Positions 46,568 to 58,375 of a DNA stretch of 64,000 nt are shown here, in pieces. The notes below the pieces were generated by a model. It saw nothing but the letters and a program-made list of their open reading frames with translations, did no database searches and was not told the origin of the DNA. The stretch comes from Schmidtea nova (Eukaryota): assembly GCA_044892505.1 (NCBI GenBank), contig CM097882.1, forward strand, positions 163,184,001 to 163,248,000, read 5' to 3'. Within the stretch, counting starts at the first letter, position 1, and the number at the start of each line of letters is the position of its first letter. Both the position numbers and the translations under genes were made by a program.

Positions 46568-46937
46568 TTAGGATGAACACAATTTCTCAATTAACACTAA
46601 TGATTTATTACGAAGTTCACTAGACCATCTCTTTGGATTAAGAGCCTTTTCATCGGGTCCTTGTAATCTGATAACCAAACTTTTTTGCATGATTCTAAAT
46701 TGATCTCTAAAACGATTTTGGTATAAATTATAAAGATTAATAAAAAATTGACCTCATTTCGTTTCTTTGTTGATATGATTTTGTTAAAGTGATTTTTTTC
46801 TCAATTATTTGATTTTGTAATCTTTTTAATTCTAATTTTAATTTATCTTTCTGTTGAAGTTTTTGTGTCCGACAACGAGTCGCAGCGCGTCTATTGATAT
46901 ATCGTCGCCTTGCATTCGTTATTGCCGATATCTTCAT
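46568..46937 (-). CDS. bZIP transcription factor, CNC/Nrf2-like C-terminal region; exons 46937-46753 and 46706-46568
   Basis: Basic region RRRYINRRAATRCRTQK plus heptads; a 46-nt GT-AG intron joins in phase to DQFRIMQKSLVIRLQGPDEKALNPKRWSSELRNKSLVLIE, resembling the CNC post-zipper tail. 5' end uncertain. Confidence 0.7.
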
Positions 46938-47357
46938 GTCAAAAGAAATTTTTAATTTTTTACAATAAATTAATTTTTATCAATATTTTCACAATGAAAT
47001 GGATTATTTTTATATTTTGTCTGTTTTTGATGAAAAAGTTTACAATGAAATATTTATTATCTTATATTATGTAAAAATTAACTCAATTTTTTATATAAAC
47101 ATTTCACTGCAACGGATTTATTCTAACAGACCCATCAAATAAACTTTTCAGTAACTGAAATACTTAATATTAGAAAAGTGCTACCTCCGTTCCACAATAG
47201 TTGTCACATTTGGATATTTTTGGTCCGATTATTGAAAATGTATGCTATTTGAGTAATTTTGTTAAACTTGTACTGTTTTAATTATTTTCTAAAAGTGCAA
47301 ATTTAAGGGAAAAAAATTAGTAGTATTTAGTTAAAAAATTAATGAAATAAAGTACTA

Positions 47358-47837
47358 CCGTCTTAACCCGAAAATAACACCACTTTAAATATAACACCAT
47401 GGTTTTTTATTTAATATTTAAACATTAATATAATGCTAATTAACCAAGCATATGTATCCCAAAATACTGATCAATTTCTACCATTACCACAGTTTGAATT
47501 GGATTTGATACTAGATATTCAAATGAAGTTTTAGTATTTGCATTTTTTATTATAATGTTCCAATTTTCTTTAATGGACACAGCAAAAATCTCGTTTTCAG
47601 GTGCAGGTATGTCATCATTCTGAATATTTTCAAAATAATTAGAATCTACTAAATCAGATTATTCATGCAGAGACTGCATAAATAAAATTAATTGATTTTT
47701 ATACTCCTTCCAAGTATTTTCAGCTTGATTACCATATTTCTTGTGGTGTACACACATAAAAGCTTGCAGTATTTGAAACTGCAGAGTGGTCTTATATTCA
47801 AACATAACACCATGGTGTTATTTTCGGGTTAAGACGG
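47358..47837. mobile_element. MITE or deletion derivative, pogo/Tc1-mariner type
   Basis: 24-bp perfect TIR CCGTCTTAACCCGAAAATAACACC with TA flanks. Confidence 0.85.
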
Positions 47838-47929
47838 TAGTAGTATTACTCATAACACAATACTAGTTGAATTACAGTGTAAATGTACCTTTCTTAAAAT
47901 TTGTACACGCGCATGCTCAGAAGGAACAC

Positions 47930-49200
47930 TGAGTGTGATCTGTCAAACCTCCGAATAGTCCAGATCTAAAAATTTGGATCTTGGGTTTTTTAATTCAACA
48001 CAAGCATTGCAACATCAGATAGTCACTAAAAATATTGATGATTTAATTAGTTCAGTAGAAACAGCTTTCCAACAATGGGATCGAGACATACAATATCATC
48101 ACATCAAACGGAAACAACTTTTATAAGATTACTCATATAAATAAAGAAAAACTTCGAAGAGAAAGTCGACTCCCCATAAATTTTAAATGTAATTTTTAAT
48201 GTAATATAATTTATTTCTGACTCGCAATTTTTTATTCACCTATTGATCACCTACTTTTTAAGTGCGCAAGCTTGTTATAATGCCTTGAGTAACCCTTTTC
48301 AACAAGCTATTACTTTTGAAAATCGGTCTAACACAAGCGAAGCTATAGCTATAAAAGTTTTATCAAGTGGGACAAGCATTGTGGAACAAAATTTATGCAT
48401 GAAATGTGACAACTATTGTGGAATAGAGGTAGTATTATTTAAGTGAAACTTCTAATAAAGTTACTGTACCATCTGATTTGGTAACCACTGTACTAGAGTT
48501 AATTATAGCAAAAATTATAGCAAAATATCAAAAAAATAAAACTACGTGAAGCTTTTTTACAACATTTTCACGAAGGACATGCTTGATCATCTTTTGATTT
48601 ATCTTAGATTTTAACAAAGATTAATTGTAATGATTTTAAAGAGATATTTCGATTTTTATAGCTGAGTATTAACAAGTTTGTATTGGGTTCTTAATTAATT
48701 TAGTCGGATATTTGTTGATTTCTGACTTGTGAGTTTTTAATATTACCTCAGTCCCATAATAATAGTAGCAAGTGAATATTAAGCGGGAATTATTGGCGAC
48801 TGCAGCTGTAAGTTATATTGTAGTGAAGATTTGTGAATCATTCAAACAAAATCAATGCTCCATGGCATCTGTCATTTGTTTTGCGACATTATTGCGAATT
48901 ATATCTCTTTTTTATATTTCATCCGCTGATCGAAATCAATTACTTTATTTCGGTTGAATATCAAGCCATTGTAAAAGTAAGAATTTGGAAACATGTTTCC
49001 GAAAATCATTGTCAAGGTGATACTTATGGTAATGCTGATTCTGTGAAAAAACAAAACTGAGGAATGGATTGAAATCCTTAGAGATATTCCTCATAGCAGA
49101 AGAGACACCTTAAGATCAGCAGCTCACGCCATTGGTGTTCCCAATTCTACATTATTCCGAATTTTGAAAAAAGGAAAAGCCACAAAACGAGTTTCAAGCA
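47930..49200 (+). pseudogene. Mariner-like transposase remnants; C-terminal piece ~47930-48110, N-terminal piece ~48990-49200
   Basis: PPNSPDL..DLGFFNS.QALQHQ...IDDLISSVE and IPHSRRDTLRSAAHAIGVPNSTLFRIL. Confidence 0.7.
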
Positions 49201-49548
49201 CATAAATGGAAAAGAAAACTTCGCAGCAAAGAAATCCTACCTACGAGTTTAAAATGCAGTGATGAAATTATTGAAAAAATGCATAAACTATCTAAAATAA
49301 TACTCATAATTACGAGTAATATTTTATATGTATTGTTTAATTATATCTACTTTTTGATAATAAATGTTGCGTTCAATATTTACTTTCCTTTGCTACTGTT
49401 ATTATGAGACAAATTAAATTCACCAACTGCTACTATTATTATGGGACGGATGGAGTAATAGATAATTAACTAAATTTTTAATTAATCAAATATATTAACG
49501 TTTTCATCAATAATACAAATAATTTCGAAAACCAAATAAAAATATTAT

Positions 49549-50590
49549 GGTAATCTTTTACTTTACCGGTCCCGTGCACGTAGTCTATGGGAACACACCT
49601 ATTTTACTTAACCGGTCCCACATAGAAATATATTATCTTAATAATTTATATGCTAATTTATATTTTAACAATTTTGTTTTACTACACTTATTAAGCCATG
49701 TTGATTACGGACTTAATGCCTCTCATTCATGTTTTCACGTCGAATTTCACGTCAAATTCCGCCAAATTGTCATACATGCAATGGCCTCATGACTGAAGTT
49801 CGATGCTCTGATCGTAAAGATGGCTTGTTGTATCGTTGTCCCAAGCACAAGGGAAACAAAGAATCTATCCGAAAAGGAAGTTTCATTCAGAATTCACATT
49901 TATCTTTACGGGAATTTACATTACTCGCTTACTTCTGGTCTTATCGTATGCCATTATCGTCTGTTAGTTCTATTGTTGGTATAACACCAAAAACTATCTG
50001 CGTCTGGAATAATTTCTTTCGTGATGTTTGCGTGCGCATTGTATTGAGCAACATCCTGTAGTGATTGGTGGACCAGGGATTATTGTGGAGATATACGAGT
50101 CAGTGGTATCCAAACGTAAATATCAAGTTGGACGTGTGGCGCCTCAACGCTGGGTATTCGGTGGTTACGACACTGTTCGTAAGATAAGATTTCTGCGTCT
50201 AGTTCCTGATCGAAGTGCTGAAACTCTGCTACCCATCATCAAAGAATGCATTGCTCCAGGTTCTGTGATCCATTCAGATTGTTGTCCAGCTTATGGGGGA
50301 ATTAAGAGTCTTCCTGTCATTCCTCCATATGTTCACTACACGGTTAATCACTCGGAGAATTTTGTAGATCCTGAAAGTGGAGCTACGACAAACCACGCTG
50401 AGCGAATCCCAAGTCAATGAGTGGAACAAGTGAAGAACTACTGTCATCTCATCTTTCAGAGTTTCAGTGGCGTTCTGTACGTGAGGGATGTGTATTTGAC
50501 TGATATTGCTAATTGGTATGTTGTTTGAATCATTCAAAATTATATTGGAATACTTTGAATTTTGGGACCGGTAAAGTAAAATAGGTTTCG
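49549..50590 (+). mobile_element. Merlin (IS1595/ISXO2-like) DNA transposon, inactive
   Basis: TIR core TTTTACTTTACCGGTCCC (49556-49573 and 50564-50581); Zn ribbon; VEIYES (first catalytic D replaced by Y), WVFGG, IHSD, TVNHSENFVDP; frameshifted. Confidence 0.9.
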
Positions 50591-51099
50591 GAACCGGTAA
50601 TTATTATTTCACAAATTTTTGGTAAAAATCTTTATCAAATACTTCAATAAATATTACAATCGCTCCCCTGTCTACTCATTTATGTATAAGTGCTTCTCAT
50701 TAATCATTTTAAGGGATTTTTCCTATCTCAGGTTATTTCTAAGAAACTCGTTCGACTTCGAATTTTAATCCCTTTATATACCTCGCGTGTCAATATAAAT
50801 CCTTCAACTCTCAAAAGAGTTTTTGTTTTCTTTTTACACGATGAGTTGATTTAATTTTAATTAACAAGTTGGTATTTTTACATTTATACTTCCTAGGAAT
50901 CCCCTTTCAATTTGATAATATTTTATATGCATTTATATTTTCAAATGCACCGATATTCTGTATTATATTTGTTACTAGTTTTTTCAAAGAAATTTCTTGA
51001 AAGTATCCTATGTTAGTTAGATATATTAAGAAGCAACCCGTTCACTGTCCAGAAGTAAAAAAATGATTCATGGAAAGTGAACACGAAAGAAATGTGCAT

Positions 51100-52367
51100 T
51101 GAAATCAGTTTTATTTGTTAATAACATGAGAAAAAAACATTGTTTATAGCTGTGTAACCCGGTGATTGTATTTTGCAAATATTGTTTGAACAATGAAAGT
51201 GAAATTACTGTTACATCAATAAAATCATTTGTAATAAATTAATTGTAATTTACGAAATTTGTTTAGATTTATTACTATAGGAAATAAAAAATATTTTAAT
51301 ATAACCTGAGTCTTTGTGAGGTCTGCTCTTGATTTCATAGTTTTAAATACTTCATGAGATGATTGGGTTATATCATAATAATCAAATGGTATCCTTAACA
51401 TTTTCAATTGATATATTTCCCTTTTAATTGGTTTAGGCAGAGATGTGACGTTATTTAATGAAATTCTATCGTCGTTTAAATTGTAACTTGAACAATCTGA
51501 TTCACAATCGGAAAACGAATTTTCTTTATCACCTGATTCTTCGTATGAATTTTCTGTAATTGATGCTTCGGTAAAACTTGATGTATCGTATGAATTCCAA
51601 TCCCATGCCTTCTTAAAAAAGATGTCAAATAACAAAATCTAAATAAAATATATATTACTAATTCCACATTTTCAGGAGATTCGTTATAATTTTCTTTTTT
51701 AATTTCATTTGTTTGTATTTCACAAATTGAAGATATTGAATAATCTGATGATAAACTGACTTGTAAAAGATATTCTGGATTAATTTGATTGTCAATATTT
51801 TCATCGTTATATAAATTAGCTTCCAATATTTTTGATTCCTCTTTAACACATTCTAAATTATTATCTAATACTGAATATTCGAAAATATTTTCGTTATTTG
51901 AGATTGGCGCATCATAATGCATATAATAGTTGTCATCAAAATTATCATCATTGTATGAGAAATTGTTTATATAGTTAAAATTTTTTAAATTATCTTGACT
52001 CTCCTAAAACTTACTTTTAATTATTTATTTGATTAAATATCCTTACCGGATTCAGCAATTCAGTACATGCAGCACCTACATTTGACTCCTGCAAGTTATT
52101 TAACAAAAGTATATTTATTTTACAAATTACCAAATCAGCAATTAATACTAATACATTGGAAATATATCTTCGTGAACGAATTCCAAAAAATCTATTATAC
52201 AGATTTAACGGAGAACTTTTAATATCCAAAAAAACATCATCGTATAAAACTAATTTTTTTATTCCATTTAAAATTTCTTTCAAATAGTTTAATGGAAAAA
52301 TAAATCTAGATTTTTTAAAATTAAAATTGTAAAGTTCTGAAAAATCAAATGAGTCAGACATATTCAA
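51100..52367 (-). CDS. Multi-exon host gene of unknown function
   Basis: Three long open segments (52367-52045, ~52000-51660, ~51615-51310) separated by short AT-rich GT-AG introns; acidic Ser/Asn-rich middle; no motif recognised; 3' end uncertain. Confidence 0.55.
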
Positions 52368-52798
52368 ATATGAATCTTAATTAGTTGGAACTCCAATATT
52401 TAATTGTGTTATAGTATCACTTATTCAAACAAAAACAACTGGAAATTTCTGTTAAAAAAGAGTATTTTAATTTATTATTAAAAAGAGATATATGTTTTAA
52501 AGTTAAAAATTAAAGAACTTTATAATTTAACATTGACTAATAATGTAATGAATAAATTAAGAAAATTAATAAAAGTTTATATTTTAGTTAAATGTAAATG
52601 ATTGAATTTAAATAGAAATCATATTAATGGTCACATGTTTTTATCAAAATTTTATTACCAAATCTAAAAATTATTTTTCAGTTAGGACAACAAATGTTTT
52701 AACGCAGCAATAACAATAATAAGAGTAACGCCGAATTTAAATAAATGGTACCAAAAAACGGTTAAAAAGTAAAAGAAATAATATTGTTGGTTCCTATT

Positions 52799-53035
52799 GG
52801 TGGGTTGCTGATCGTCAATATGACCTTGACGTTGCTATGGCTCTCATCAACAACTCAACACATAAAACATTAGATTTAACCAATTTGTTGCCCGTCACTA
52901 TGTAACGCTGGTAATGCAACAAATGGGTGGGTATTCGCAATCAGTGAGCGTCGTCAATACGAAACTATGATTGACCGAATATCTCCTGGGTTCAAGGGCT
53001 ACCGATAGAAAGTTTAATGCCCATTTCCGTCCCTT
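52799..53035. other. Module C copy
   Basis: Stem reads TTTGTTGC/GCAACAAA here versus CTTGTTAC/GTAACAAG at 9338-9377. Confidence 0.55.
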
Positions 53036-53699
53036 GTTCAACGATTTAACTACGGGTATTCGTTTCAATTTAAAAGAAAACATAAATAGTTTCATCAATA
53101 TAAATTTATTAATTTTTTTCCCACTTAATCATTATACATAGTATTATCCAAACGCACAGGAGTTTTCGCGTATCTACTTTTATTTGCAAGCTCATGCTTA
53201 AGCATATAATCACAAACTCAATTCGGGGATTGAAAAATCCTTGATCATCCCTATGCTCAGGGTATTTGATTTCTGACGATTTTAACTAAACTTTATTATT
53301 TTCTAGGCTTTTTAAATTTGTATATTTTTGTGTCAGTAAATTAATCTAAATTTTACTTATCCCCTATACCTAATGTCTGACTTGCTTTATATTATGGATT
53401 TAATTTTTAATTTAAAATTTAACATTATAGCTTTTGAATTCTTGCCATGGCCTTGACAACGGCAACGGCTGCAATGTTGGATATTTAAACAAACTTAAAT
53501 GTCTTGGTTATTTCGTCTATCCATTCAAAGCCGTTTCTGTATAAAAAAATTTTTGTTATATTAAAATTTATTTTCTGGACTTTAAAATGTTATATAATGT
53601 TGGGCAAAAACTACAAATCGTTTTAAAAAAGCGATAACCCCATAAGTAGAGAGCGCGCAAGATTCCATTTTAACCCAAGCATCCATTGAAAATCCAAAT

Positions 53700-53935
53700 T
53701 GGTGGGTTGTTGATCGTCAATATGACCTTGACGTTGCTATGGCTCGCATCAACAACTCAACACATAAAACATTGAAATTACCATCTTGTTACCCGTCACT
53801 ATGTAACGTTGGTACTGTAACAAGTGGGTGGGTATTCGCAATCAGTGAGCGTCGTCAATACGAAACTATGATTGACCGAATATCTCCTGGGTCCAAGGGC
53901 TACCGATAGAAGGTTTATTGCCCATTTTGTCCCTT
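53700..53935. other. Module C copy
   Basis: Near-identical to 9254-9490. Confidence 0.55.
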
Positions 53936-56046
53936 CTTTGACGATTTATCTATAAGCATTCAACAAAATTTTATCGGAAATTCAACATAAACACTCTACA
54001 TAACTATAAATTCATTATTGCATCCAAATAAATTATTTCGAGCATCAAAAACACTAATATAACCCTATTTTTACCAATATTGCATTTTATGATAATTAAT
54101 ACATAAAATATTATATTTTTATAGAAAAATTTTAATCTGCATTTGAAATTCAAGAAAAATTTTAATTATTACCGTAATTTTATCAAGTTTAGAAATAATA
54201 AAAATAAAATTTCCGTTTGTTTAAAATTGCTAATTTAATCAAAAGGACAAATTTACTCAATTTAAAAATTATATTAATTTTAAATGTAATTTTCTGAATT
54301 TTTCGCTAAATTGATTAATTAACGATTTCTATAGTTCAGATCAACAAGAAATGGACCTCTTCAGAAACTACGAAGCCAGAGGAAAATTCTCCCACCCCAA
54401 ACGGGTCAATCCAATTAGAACTCGAGCTCCTATGAAGCAAAATAGCCCGCTCTACCAACCAAGTAAAATTTTGATTATTTCAGAATTATAATTTATTTTG
54501 AACAATTTTAGAAAATTTCTTGAAGAGAATATGTTAGAACTGGCCCTTCAAGCACTGTAAACCGTAAAAATCTTTGCCGGGGACTCTTATCCCTCAAACT
54601 GAATGACCATCAATTTTTATCAATAAATTTTTATATAAATTTTTTTCCGTCTTTACTCTTTTTCGTTTGAGTTTTTATTATTTTTATGAAATTTTGTAAA
54701 TGGGAAATTAAAAATAAACTGTAATGTAAATGGCCTATTTGATTGTACTAAGTTTGGCTGGGTATATTTAATTTTATATGGTATTGTTGAATGATAGATA
54801 TAAGTGAATGAAATTTTGTATGGTTTTTCTGGATGTATGTTGCCGACTAACATAACTGTGTAGAATTTTCAGTATGGTTTGCTTGTGTGTATATAACTAT
54901 TGAATGCTAATAAATGATACTGTGTATGTGTGTATATTGTATTTTAAATATAAGTCGCTTGTGTATTATTATGGAAAATGTTATTGAATGAAATGGATGT
55001 AAATTTTTGCAAATAGGGATGCGTTATGATTTTTGAGATATCGTGGGGGTATTTATAATATACTATATATAAATTATATAAAATATTTTTAAAATTAAAA
55101 TAATAATAATAATTTTTATATTAAAATAATAATAATAATTTTTATAATACTTTTGACAAATTTTAAATTTATAATTTTATGAAAATATAATAATAAAATT
55201 TCTAATTTTTATAATATAAGTTTTTATAATACTTTTTATAAATTTTGAATTTATAATTTTATGAAAGTAATATAATAATAAAATTTCTAATTTTTATAAT
55301 ATGAATTTTTATATTCGAATTTTTATATTTTAAGTGTATATATATATAGTAAAAAAATTTCCTATAAAATTTTGAAATTTTGGATTTTTTAAAATGATAA
55401 AATTTTCAATATACTAATAATATTTTCGATTTAAAATTTTTATGGGTTTCAATATAAGTTTTGATTTATAAATTCTTAGGAATTTTATAAAATGACAAAA
55501 TCTTTTATATCATAACAATATTCGGAGAATTTTTGGTTCACAATTTTTCATTATAAAAATTTTCAATATAATAAAAAGTAAATTTTTATTTTTTGATCGA
55601 AACGAAATCCACATCATAATAAATTTCCCATCCATAGATTTCGAAATCTAAATAAGCATTAATTCTAAAAAATTTTTATATGCTAAATAAAAATAAAATA
55701 AAAAATAAGTTATAAATTTTTCAACGAAATTTTTTCGACATCGAGTAAAGTTAATTTCGGTTTCCTTGTTATTCCATCGGATTTGAGCATTAATTCGAAC
55801 GATTTACTTTTTGATATCGGTTTTTAATATTCTGGCTCTTGGATGAGAAGAAAATTATTGTGAAGGTGAAGGCGAAGGACGAGTAAAATGTTTTTGCATA
55901 ATTATTTTTCCTAATGGAAAAGACATTTCTGGAGACATTCGTTTTTACGTTTTCATGTAGTATTAATTTTTAGATGATAAATATGTCGGAAATTATAAAT
56001 TCAAATAAACTACATTTATTATAAATTAAATATCATTAATATAACA

Positions 56047-56225
56047 CCTTGCCTTTGGCCAAGCCACTGTTCCCCAGTTGGGATGAAGTGATCATGGATG
56101 GTGAGGCTATTCACCTGAACTCGGAGAAATGGACTGATCGATTTACGTATCGAACCAGCGATCCGCTCAGGCTACTTCCACCCGATCGGCACAAGGCCAG
56201 ACACAGGCTTCAGGGGGTAAGGAAG
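56047..56225 (-). other. Module A copy
   Basis: Homologous to 7442-7612. Confidence 0.55.
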
Positions 56226-58199
56226 TAAAAAAAAATTTATTTATTTATGTAATAGTTTATGTTTGAGTTACTAAAAAATTTTTTGTTTGATTATGGGAAT
56301 TTGTGATATATAAAATAATAATAATAATAAAAAAAAATTTATTAGATATAATCCTATATTATTAGTAATAAAAATAAAAGAATACAACTAATGAATTAAA
56401 TAACATAAAAATAAATAAGAACTGTGTCGACATGGGATGTCCAAAGGGCATGACTTTTTTGGGCATTCCATGCCGATAACGCATATATAAAAATTAAAAC
56501 AATAAAAAAAATATAAACCTTACGCTTCGTGTGGTTCCTAGTCTTCTCAAAGATGTTGATAAAATTTAATAAAATTTTCTCGCAAAATTTTTAAACAGAA
56601 AATATTTTACAAATTCTGAACAAATTCTAATTCTTGCCATTTTGATGGCGGTATATATACCGTCGATTTTCGTCACCTTCACCAGTGTAATAAAACAAAT
56701 TGTTCTAGAATTTTCCATTTAATTTTTCTAAATTAATTCTAATGATTTTCCGAAAATTAAATCCATATTTTTGTGTAATAATTTTTTTCAAAACACAAAT
56801 AATTTATTTTAATTCCAAATTTTTGTTTTTGAATCGAAATTTGTTCGATTTGATTTAATTTACGATATTTCGATTAATATTAATTCTTTTTATGGTTAAT
56901 GTGAAATATTTTGATAAAATCACAATTTTCGGCTAAAATTTTGTCAATTTTTTTCTGCATGAAGGTTTTATAACACAATTTCGTTTTTTATGGGTATTTT
57001 CAATGGGTTTTCCGCCTATTCTAACTTTTAAACGTTCTTCTTTTGATGGCATTTGATTTTTCTCGAGGTTTCAGTGTAAGGGCTTTCAGACTCACAGCTA
57101 GCGCGTTCTCTACTGGTTGATGTGTTTTGAGTCCACTTCCTTTTTGTTGTTTTTCACTTAATTGCTTGGATTTTTAATGGATTTTTGGGTTAAAACTGAA
57201 TCTTGCGCGCTCTCTACCTATGGGGTTATCGTTTGTTTAAAACAATTTGTGGTTTTTGCCCAACAAAATGATTAAGTGGAAAACACCAAAAAGTGAAGTG
57301 GACTCAAAACACATCAATCAGTAGAGAACGCGCTAGCTGTGAGTCTGAAAGCCCTTACACTGAAACCTCGAGAAAAATCAAATGCCATCAAAAGAAGAAC
57401 GTTTGAAAGTTAGAATAGGCGGAAAACCCATTGAAAATACCCATAAAAAACGGAATTGTGTTATAAAACCTTCAGTGCAGGAAAAATTAAAAAATGTTTT
57501 AGCCGAAAATTGTGATTTTATCAAAATATTTCACATTAACAATAAAAAGAACTAATATTGATCGAAATATCGTAAATTAAATCAAATCGAACAAATTTCG
57601 ATTCAAAAATAAAAATTTTGAATTAAAATAAATTATTTGTGTTTTATAAAAAATTATTACACAAAAATATGGATTTAATTTTCGGAAAATCATTAGAATT
57701 AAATTAGAAAAATTAAAAAGAAAATTCTGGAACAATTTGTTTTATTACACTTGTGAAGGTAACGCAAAATCGATGGCAATAATCAGAATTTATGAGAAGT
57801 TAAGAGAATTTATGAGAATTTACGAGATTTTGTGAAATTTACGTGAATTTTTGAAAGAATTTTGTGAAATTTGTGAAAATCATTTTTTTTAAAAATTCTT
57901 GAACTCCAATTTTCGGAAGAATTGGTAAGTAGCATTCTTTTGTTCGGTGCGGGGTCACTGAAATTCATGCCCTTTCAGTTACCCCGTACCTGGTATTATT
58001 TTATTTTTGTAAATTTTATGTTATTGATGATATACTTATATTTATCAATTTTAATTATTATCTAAAATATTAAATGAAAGTTATTTTTTTTTCTTGTTTA
58101 CATTATTTTGGATTTAATCATGTTATAAATTCCCAGACATAACTGAAATTTATTTTAATATTTACTGCACAAAAATAAAATTAATAATTTTCTTTTGTT

Positions 58200-58375
58200 T
58201 CCGTACCCTCTGAAGCCTGTTTCTGGCCTTGTGCCGAGCGGGTGGAAGTAGCCTGAGTGGATCGCTGGTTCGATTCGTAATCGATCAGCCTATATTTCCG
58301 AGTCCAGGTGAATAGCCGAAACATCCATGATCACTTCATCCCAACTGGGGAACAGTGGCTTGGCCAAGGGCAAGG
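58200..58375 (+). other. Module A copy, inverted
   Basis: Hairpins TCGATT(CGT)AATCGA at 58270-58284 and ACTG(GGGAA)CAGT; palindrome CTTGGCCAAG. Confidence 0.55.

Noticed and set aside
53840-53925. HDV-like or twister fold in module C (GGGTATT...AATGCCC; GGGTCCAAGGGC)
   Set aside because: No UYCUCGY-type L3, P1.1 or J4/2, and no twister UAA/GAGG elements.
58245-58276. tRNA/SINE-like A box (TAGCCTGAGTGG) and B box (GGTTCGATTC) in module A
   Set aside because: Boxes are only ~6 nt apart, there is no cloverleaf, and the B box is lost in the 12.4-kb copy.
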